Source of the DNA: Candidatus Doudnabacteria bacterium
GTDB lineage: Bacteria; Patescibacteriota; Doudnabacteria; UBA920; O2-02-FULL-48-8
Direction: 5' to 3'
DNA: 64,000 bases
Assembly: GCA_016186915.1 (NCBI GenBank)
Contig: JACPKU010000006.1
Coordinates: forward strand, 173,739-237,738
Shown here: one piece after another, positions 58,416 through 64,000 of the stretch
Numbering within the stretch: position 1 is the stretch's first letter
How the letters are laid out: each line of letters begins with the position of its first letter
Program-made: the position numbers and the translations under genes
Notes under the pieces: model-generated
The model's database searches: none
What the model was told of the DNA's origin: nothing
What the model saw: only the letters and a program-made list of their open reading frames with translations

Positions 58416-60080
58416 ATGCTAACAGGAATTACTGAACTAGCAATTGCCATAACCTTGGCCGCTGTTTTAAGTTTTGTGGCCCGATGGCTTAGACAGCCTT
58501 TGATTTTAGCATACCTTGCCGCAGGTGCTATCATTAGCTACTTTGGATTCTTTGATCCGCTGGGACAGGAGACGTTCAATATTTTTGCGGACCTGGGCAT
58601 TATGTTCTTGCTATTTTTGGTCGGCTTGGAAATCAACTACAATTCTCTGCGCCTAGTAGGAAAAACTTCCATAATAATCGGCTTGGGACAGATTATTTTT
58701 ACTTCCTTGGTCGGTTTTTTTATTGCCCAGGGCTTTGGATTTTCCCAAATTGAATCCGCTTACATAGCGATTGCGCTCACCTTCTCCAGCACCATTATCA
58801 TCGTCAAGCTTTTATCGGATAAAAAAGATCTGAATAGTTTGTATGGCAAGATTAGCATTGGTTTTATGCTAGTGCAGGATGCGGTGGCCATATTTTTAAT
58901 GATTATTCTCACCGGTATAGAAACTGGCACTGACGCTTTTACCAATCTGTACGTTACCGCGATTAAAGGGTTGGTTTTGTTTTTGATTATTCTTTGGCTG
59001 GGGAAACATGTTTTGCCCGCCTTGTTTGATAAAATCGCCCACTCCCAGGAACTGTTATTTTTGGCAAGTACGGCTTGGGTGTTTGTGCTGGCCGCAATAG
59101 TCAGCAAAATTGGCTTCTCTATTGAGATTGCCGGGTTCCTCGCCGGAGTGGCGCTGGCTAATTCTTTGGAAAGCTATCAAATCGCCTACAAAATCCGGCC
59201 GCTGCGAGATTTCTTTATCCTGATCTTCTTTGTGATTTTAGGGGCGTCGTTCGTGTTCGGCGACTTTACCGGGCTGACCAAACCAATCATCACTTTCTCA
59301 CTGTTCGTGTTGATCGGCAACCCGCTGATAGTTTTAATTCTTATGGGCCTTATGGGCTACAGGAAACACACTAGTTTTCTGGCTGGTATAACGGTCGCGC
59401 AGATCTCGGAGTTTAGCTTGATTCTGGCCGCCCTCGGCCTCAAGCTCGGCCAGATAAACGAGCAGGTGGTTGCGCTGATAACTGCTGTTGGAATCATTAC
59501 CATTACTCTTTCCACCTATCTTATTATCTATGGCAACACTATCTATCACTGGCTGCGAAACCCCTTGTCAATTTTTGAGCGCAAGAATACCGCGGAAAAT
59601 CATTTGTTTGATCCTAGCGCCAAAAAATCAATTGTGCTGGTCGGGTTCCATCGAACCGGACGCAGCTTTGTCCAAAACTTTCCTAAAAAAGATCTTTTGG
59701 TAATTGACCAGGATCCGGATGCCATACAAGAACTCAAAAAGCAAGGCTACGATCATCTGTTCGGCGACATCATTGATCAAGAAATTTTTGACAAGATCCG
59801 TTCCACCAAACTGGACCTGATCGTCTCCACTTCCCCGGATTTGGAAGACAATCTGATCCTCATCAAAAAAGTCCGCGGACTTTCTCGTAGACCAAAAGTA
59901 GTAGTAAGAGCTGAGTCTGACAAAGAAGCTCGAATGCTTTATCAAAAAGGCGCTGACTACGTGATTCTTCCACACTTTACTTCGGGGCATTACTTGGGCG
60001 CGGCCATTGCTTCGGATGCGTCATTAAAAGTCTTTCGCCGGCTCAAACAGCGCGACTCCAAAATCCTGAACAAAATCTAA
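58416..60080 (+). CDS. Kef-type (CPA2) cation:proton antiporter with a C-terminal RCK/TrkA-N domain
   Basis: It has a transmembrane Na_H_Exchanger core and the Rossmann block IVLVGFHRTGRSFVQNF. Confidence 0.75.
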   Translation: MLTGITELAIAITLAAVLSFVARWLRQPLILAYLAAGAIISYFGFFDPLGQETFNIFADLGIMFLLFLVGLEINYNSLRLVGKTSIIIGLGQIIFTSLVGFFIAQGFGFSQIESAYIAIALTFSSTIIIVKLLSDKKDLNSLYGKISIGFMLVQDAVAIFLMIILTGIETGTDAFTNLYVTAIKGLVLFLIILWLGKHVLPALFDKIAHSQELLFLASTAWVFVLAAIVSKIGFSIEIAGFLAGVALANSLESYQIAYKIRPLRDFFILIFFVILGASFVFGDFTGLTKPIITFSLFVLIGNPLIVLILMGLMGYRKHTSFLAGITVAQISEFSLILAALGLKLGQINEQVVALITAVGIITITLSTYLIIYGNTIYHWLRNPLSIFERKNTAENHLFDPSAKKSIVLVGFHRTGRSFVQNFPKKDLLVIDQDPDAIQELKKQGYDHLFGDIIDQEIFDKIRSTKLDLIVSTSPDLEDNLILIKKVRGLSRRPKVVVRAESDKEARMLYQKGADYVILPHFTSGHYLGAAIASDASLKVFRRLKQRDSKILNKI

Positions 60081-60137
60081 CCCAAGTCACTTTTTTGTCT
60101 AATTGTGGAATCGGCTTTTGGTTGTTATAATCAGTTT

Positions 60138-61526
60138 ATGCTTAAACTATACAATTCTCTAACACGGAAACTGGAAGAATTCCAACCCACCAAAAAAAAC
60201 CAAGTCGGCCTTTATACGTGCGGTCCGACGGTTTATAACTACCAACATATTGGAAACTTAAGAAGCAGTATCTTTGCGGATCTGCTTTTTCGTACGCTAA
60301 ATTACAATGGACTGAAGGTCAAATGGGTCATGAATATTACCGATATTGATGACAAAACCATAAAAAACACCACGATTGAGTATGGCCCTCAGGCAAACGT
60401 TGCCAATTTAAGAACATTTACCGATCGATACCTGAATGCGTTTAAAGAAGATATTAAAAAAATTAATCTTTCAATCAAAAGCGTAAAATTTATCAGAGTC
60501 TTAGATGTAGTCGATGAAATTAAACATTTCATAAAAAGCCTGATCAAAAAAGGTTATGCTTACAAGACGGCAGATGGCGTTTATTTTAATATAGAAAAAT
60601 ATCAACAAAATTTTGGTGATTATGGAAAACTGGTCGGTGAAAATTTTCTAAAAGGCCAGAAGCTTGGTGTGAGAGTCAGGGTAGACGAATACGATAAAGA
60701 AAATTTAAGCGATTTTGCCTTATGGAAAGCCAAAGAAGAAGACGACGCAAATATTTTTTGGGAGAATGCAGAGCTTGGCCGAGGACGACCGGGCTGGCAC
60801 ATCGAATGTTCAGTAATCAACTACATCGCATTTAAATCATCCACTACAGACATTCATACTGGCGGTGTGGATCTAATTTTTCCTCATCACACAAACGAAA
60901 TCGCACAAACCCAGCCCATCTATAAACCCTTTGTAAACTACTGGCTCCACGGCGAACATCTTTTAGTAGCAGGCGAAAAGATGGCAAAATCAAAAGGCAA
61001 TGTTTATGTTTTAGATGATCTCATAAAGAAACTAAACATCAACCCCCTCGCTTTCCGGTATTTGATCTTAACCTCTCACTACCGTTCCAAGCTGAATTTC
61101 ACTTGGGAAAGCTTGCAAGCCGCGCAAAATGCCTTAAACAATCTCTACACCGAGATCTCGGCTTACGAAAAACCAAAAATTGGCTGTGCGGAATATGAAC
61201 AAAATTTCTTGGAAGCAATCAATAATGATTTGGATACACCCAAGGCTTTGGCCGTGGTCTGGGATTTGATCCGGTCAGATTACCCTGGACATGCTAAATT
61301 ACAAAGCTTGCTCAAATTCGACAAAGTGCTGGGGCTGAAACTGAGAGAGACTTGGAAAGCTTCTCAAAAAATTCCAGCCACGCTTAAAAAATTGCTGACC
61401 GCCCGCGAACAAGCAAGGGCCGCCAAAGACTTTCAAAAATCCGACGACTTAAGACATCAAATCGAATCTCAAGGGTTCATCATCGAAGATCTTTCTCATG
61501 GCTACCGACTCAAAAAGAAATTTTAA
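60138..61526 (+). CDS. cysS: Cysteine--tRNA ligase
   Basis: It has the HIGH-type motif (HIGNLRS), zinc-site blocks and KMSKS (KMAKSKGN). The start is taken at MLKLYNSLTRK. Confidence 0.85.
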   Translation: MLKLYNSLTRKLEEFQPTKKNQVGLYTCGPTVYNYQHIGNLRSSIFADLLFRTLNYNGLKVKWVMNITDIDDKTIKNTTIEYGPQANVANLRTFTDRYLNAFKEDIKKINLSIKSVKFIRVLDVVDEIKHFIKSLIKKGYAYKTADGVYFNIEKYQQNFGDYGKLVGENFLKGQKLGVRVRVDEYDKENLSDFALWKAKEEDDANIFWENAELGRGRPGWHIECSVINYIAFKSSTTDIHTGGVDLIFPHHTNEIAQTQPIYKPFVNYWLHGEHLLVAGEKMAKSKGNVYVLDDLIKKLNINPLAFRYLILTSHYRSKLNFTWESLQAAQNALNNLYTEISAYEKPKIGCAEYEQNFLEAINNDLDTPKALAVVWDLIRSDYPGHAKLQSLLKFDKVLGLKLRETWKASQKIPATLKKLLTAREQARAAKDFQKSDDLRHQIESQGFIIEDLSHGYRLKKKF

Positions 61527-61541
61527 TCTTAAAATTGCTCT

Positions 61542-61730
61542 ATGTCAAATATGCCGCCAACGATTAAAGCCATCATTCGTACTGTCCGCGGCATTCAATA
61601 TGCCAACCGACACGGCCACCCAAGTATATGGATACAACAGGGCAAATTCGCCCACGAATTGCCCGACAGCGAAACTGGCCAGCCCACCTACACCATTACA
61701 GACTTGCGAGAACTGAAACAAATACTTTAA
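61542..61730 (+). CDS. Possible 62 aa small ORF between cysS and the terminator
   Basis: It ends about 20 nt before the terminator at 61751-61771. It has no recognisable SD and no homology visible by eye. Confidence 0.2.
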   Translation: MSNMPPTIKAIIRTVRGIQYANRHGHPSIWIQQGKFAHELPDSETGQPTYTITDLRELKQIL

Positions 61731-61750
61731 AATATCAACATTAGAGTATT

Positions 61751-61771
61751 GGCGGCACAAAGCCGCTTTTT
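61751..61771 (+). terminator. Intrinsic terminator
   Basis: The sequence is GGCGGC-ACAAA-GCCGC followed by TTTTT. Confidence 0.55.
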
Positions 61772-61790
61772 CCATACTAATTTCAGAGGC

Positions 61791-61893
61791 GAGAGTTTGC
61801 TGCAAAATTAGCCTTCGCAGGCCGACGGGCCGAGAAAGCAGGCCGCAAAATCAGCAGATTTTGACGGCCGGTAATTTTGCAGCAAACTTGAGC
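61791..61893. repeat. About 100 bp structured repeat element, copy b
   Basis: It has a 16 bp perfect outer inverted repeat (GTTTGCTGCAAAATTA and TAATTTTGCAGCAAAC) and the core CAAAATCAGCAGATTTTG at 61846-61863. It is homologous to copies a and c. Confidence 0.7.
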
Positions 61894-61963
61894 TATCCCC
61901 TTTTCCACATATTGCACAAAGTTATGCCTTCTATTTATAATAAGATACCAGTCAAACAAACGT

Positions 61964-63376
61964 ATGTCTGAAAATCCTAACGAAACCAAGCAAATCAACA
62001 GCTTTTTAAACCGGATGCCGCCGCAAAACATTGAAGCGGAGCAGTCAGTGTTGGGCTCTCTTTTGCTGGACAAAGATGCAGTGATTAAAATTGCTGACAC
62101 CTGTACGGCTGATGATTTTTACGACGATAAACACGCCGTCATCTACCGGACCATCCTCAAACTGTTCGATGAACGCGCTTCCATCGATATCCTCACGGTT
62201 TCGAACAAGCTCGACGAAGGCGGCCACTTAGACAGAATTGGAGGCATGAGCTACCTCACCACTCTCGTCAACGCTGTGCCTTCTTCCGCCCACGTGGTGC
62301 ATTATGCGAACATCGTCAAGCGCAAAGGCACGCTTAGAAGATTGATCTCGCAAGCTTCGGAAATTGTGAGCCTTGGCTACCAAGAAGGAATTGATCTGGA
62401 GACCATCTTGGACGAGGCGGAGCAAAAATTGTTCGCAGTGTCGCAAAAGTCGCTCAAACAAAACTTTGTGCCGATCAGCGAAATTCTTCACGAAACTTTT
62501 GACCGCTTAGACGAATTGCACCGCGACAAAGGTAAACTACGGGGACTCCCCACCGGTTTTAATGATTTAGACAACAAACTCGGCGGCTTGCAGAAATCCG
62601 ATCTTGTAATTCTGGCCGCCCGCCCGTCTATGGGTAAAACCTCTCTCGCCTTGGACATGGTGCGCAACGCGGCTATCACCAGCAAGCATCCAGTGGCTGT
62701 CTTTTCTTTAGAAATGAGCAAGGATCAGTTGGTGGATCGTCTGCTGGCGGCTGAAGCTGACGTGGATCTTTGGAAAATGCGCACCGGCCGGCTTTCTGAT
62801 ATCGGACCAGACAATGACTTTGAGCGGATTGGACACGCCTTGGGCCGCATCTCGGAAGCGCCAATTTATATTGACGACTCCGGTACGCTCAACATTATGG
62901 AATTGCGCACTAAAGCCAGAAGACTTCAAGCCGAGCATGATCTGGATTTGATAATTGTGGACTATCTGCAGTTGATGCAAGGCCGCTCTTCAGAAAACCG
63001 CGTGCAGGAAGTCTCGGAAATTTCCCGTTCTCTCAAAGCTTTGGCCCGCGAACTCAATGTCCCGGTCCTTGCCCTCTCCCAGCTTTCCCGCGCCGTAGAA
63101 CAGCGAGGCGGCGACAAAAAACCCCAGCTCTCTGACCTAAGAGAATCCGGATCAATTGAACAAGACGCGGATGTGGTAATGTTTATTTACCGCGACGAGA
63201 TGTACACAGGCGCGGACAGCCGCAAGCCGCACATTGCCGACATCTTAATTCGCAAACACCGCAACGGCCCGACTGGCGAAGTGGAACTGTTCTTTGACGC
63301 GGAAAAAACCAGCTTTAAAAACCTAGCCAAAACCCCAACACCGGATGAGGTTATGATGGATCAAATAATGGAGTGA
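61964..63376 (+). CDS. dnaB: Replicative DNA helicase DnaB
   Basis: It has a Walker A (ARPSMGKTSLAL), a Walker B (LIIVDYLQLM) and the DnaB N-terminal domain. Confidence 0.9.
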   Translation: MSENPNETKQINSFLNRMPPQNIEAEQSVLGSLLLDKDAVIKIADTCTADDFYDDKHAVIYRTILKLFDERASIDILTVSNKLDEGGHLDRIGGMSYLTTLVNAVPSSAHVVHYANIVKRKGTLRRLISQASEIVSLGYQEGIDLETILDEAEQKLFAVSQKSLKQNFVPISEILHETFDRLDELHRDKGKLRGLPTGFNDLDNKLGGLQKSDLVILAARPSMGKTSLALDMVRNAAITSKHPVAVFSLEMSKDQLVDRLLAAEADVDLWKMRTGRLSDIGPDNDFERIGHALGRISEAPIYIDDSGTLNIMELRTKARRLQAEHDLDLIIVDYLQLMQGRSSENRVQEVSEISRSLKALARELNVPVLALSQLSRAVEQRGGDKKPQLSDLRESGSIEQDADVVMFIYRDEMYTGADSRKPHIADILIRKHRNGPTGEVELFFDAEKTSFKNLAKTPTPDEVMMDQIME

Positions 63377-63390
63377 AAGCACTCAGGATT

Positions 63391-63486
63391 GGGTTGCAAA
63401 ACTACCGACTGTCAAAATCTGCTGATTTTGCAGTCTACTCGCTCGCACCGTCGTGCTGCGCGGGTTAGTTTTGCAACAATCCCTCG
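63391..63486. repeat. About 100 bp structured repeat element, copy c (reverse orientation)
   Basis: Its terminal inverted repeats are GGTTGCAAAACTACC and GGTTAGTTTTGCAACAATCC. The core CAAAATCTGCTGATTTTG lies at about 63413-63430. Confidence 0.7.
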
Positions 63487-63507
63487 TTAAAGATAAAATG
63501 ATAAAAA

Positions 63508-64000
63508 ATGTCCTTACTCCCCAAATCAATCCAAAATTTAATCAATGAATTTTCGAAACTCCCTGGTATTGGGCCCAAGTCTGCCTCCAGGCTGGTTTTT
63601 TATTTGCTCAAACAGCCTGACATTGATTTGGGCAGTTTTTCCAAGGCCGTGGAGGACCTCAAAAAAGGCATTATCTTTTGCGACACTTGCCATAATATGA
63701 CTGAAAAAAATCCGTGCGTGATCTGCGCTGACAACAGACGCAATCGAAATCTGATCTGCGTGGTGGAAGATCCCTTGGATGTGCTGGCTATGGATCAAAT
63801 TGATGGGTTTGAAGGGTTATTCCATGTGCTGGGCGGTGTGATTTCGCCGATTGATGGCGTGGGGCCTGAGGATTTAAAGATCAATGAGCTTTTGCAACGA
63901 CTGGAATCCAAAGAGCCAATGGAAGTAGTGTTTGCCACCAATCCTTCGCTGGAAGGCGAAGCCACGGCTTTATACATTGCCAAACTTTTGAAACAGCCAA
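63508..64000 (+). CDS. recR: Recombination protein RecR (N-terminal about 164 aa; runs off the window end)
   Basis: It reads MSLLPKSIQNLINEFSKLPGIGPKSASRLVFYLL (an HhH motif), then a C4 zinc finger (CDTCHNM...CVIC) and a Toprim block (ICVVEDPLDVLAMD). It is absent from the ORF track because it is truncated. Confidence 0.8.
   Translation, partial: MSLLPKSIQNLINEFSKLPGIGPKSASRLVFYLLKQPDIDLGSFSKAVEDLKKGIIFCDTCHNMTEKNPCVICADNRRNRNLICVVEDPLDVLAMDQIDGFEGLFHVLGGVISPIDGVGPEDLKINELLQRLESKEPMEVVFATNPSLEGEATALYIAKLLKQP

Noticed and set aside
61545-61805. Minus-strand 86 aa ORF between cysS and dnaB.
   Set aside because: It overlaps the plus-strand terminator and repeat element b. The co-directional plus-strand 62 aa ORF is marginally more plausible, and both are low confidence.
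63538-63798. Minus-strand 86 aa track ORF.
   Set aside because: It lies antisense within recR, which is clearly recognisable on the plus strand.

Overview
This is a 64 kb window from a low-GC (about 42-45% by eye), gene-dense bacterial genome. The gene content looks like Candidate Phyla Radiation / Patescibacteria, possibly Saccharibacteria-like. The standard genetic code applies: prfB is present and carries the classic UGA +1 frameshift. Almost every gene from position 1 to about 58.2 kb is on the minus strand. From 58.4 kb to the end the genes (kef, cysS, dnaB, recR) are on the plus strand.

Genes recognised, in order:
- prfB, N-terminal part, with the programmed frameshift.
- A dTMP/folate cluster: folA, an NDT-like gene, a HAD gene, thyA, a CYTH gene, a split tmk, dcd, a CofE-like gene and an ECF-S-like membrane protein with a structured leader.
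- secE, a YdjM-like insert, nusG, rplK, a small membrane-protein insert, rplA.
- gyrB.
- A mitochondrial-type pheS with a fused FDX-ACB domain, preceded by a standalone PheT-N-terminal tRNA-binding protein.
- A methyltransferase, a surface protein, and a UvrD helicase fused to a RecB-type nuclease.
- A tRNA cluster (Arg, Asp, Met, fMet) with an NYN gene, rmuC, a GIY-YIG remnant and the cca gene.
- A cation antiporter and the full F1Fo operon (atpIBEFHAGDC).
- A rearranged tRNA-Thr locus, a PaaX-like gene flanked by 39 bp direct repeats, Nudix and HD hydrolases, and tRNA-Gly with a partial duplicate.
- ppiC, ftsB-like, lepA carrying an in-frame GxxExxY (PD-(D/E)xK) domain insertion, murJ, a DUF4012 gene, ftsW, murD, an amidohydrolase, mraY, dacA-like.
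- trxA, a DUF458 gene, a dksA/traR-like gene, mscS, tRNA-Gln, dnaX, a VirD4/TraD-like ATPase, kef, cysS, dnaB and recR (partial).

The most notable non-standard content:
1. Five short GC-rich (about 55-62%) islets. Each carries its own strong Shine-Dalgarno site and a terminator, and three sit next to tRNA genes. One holds a decayed purH. They look like foreign, possibly host-derived, cassettes.
2. LepA with an inserted nuclease-fold domain.
3. A monomeric mitochondrial-type PheRS architecture.
4. A roughly 100 bp structured repeat family (three copies) and a 26-30 bp palindromic hairpin family (three copies).
5. tRNA loci with partial tRNA duplications, the signature of integrative elements.

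Coordinates of features I derived myself rather than from the ORF track may be off by 1-2 nt.
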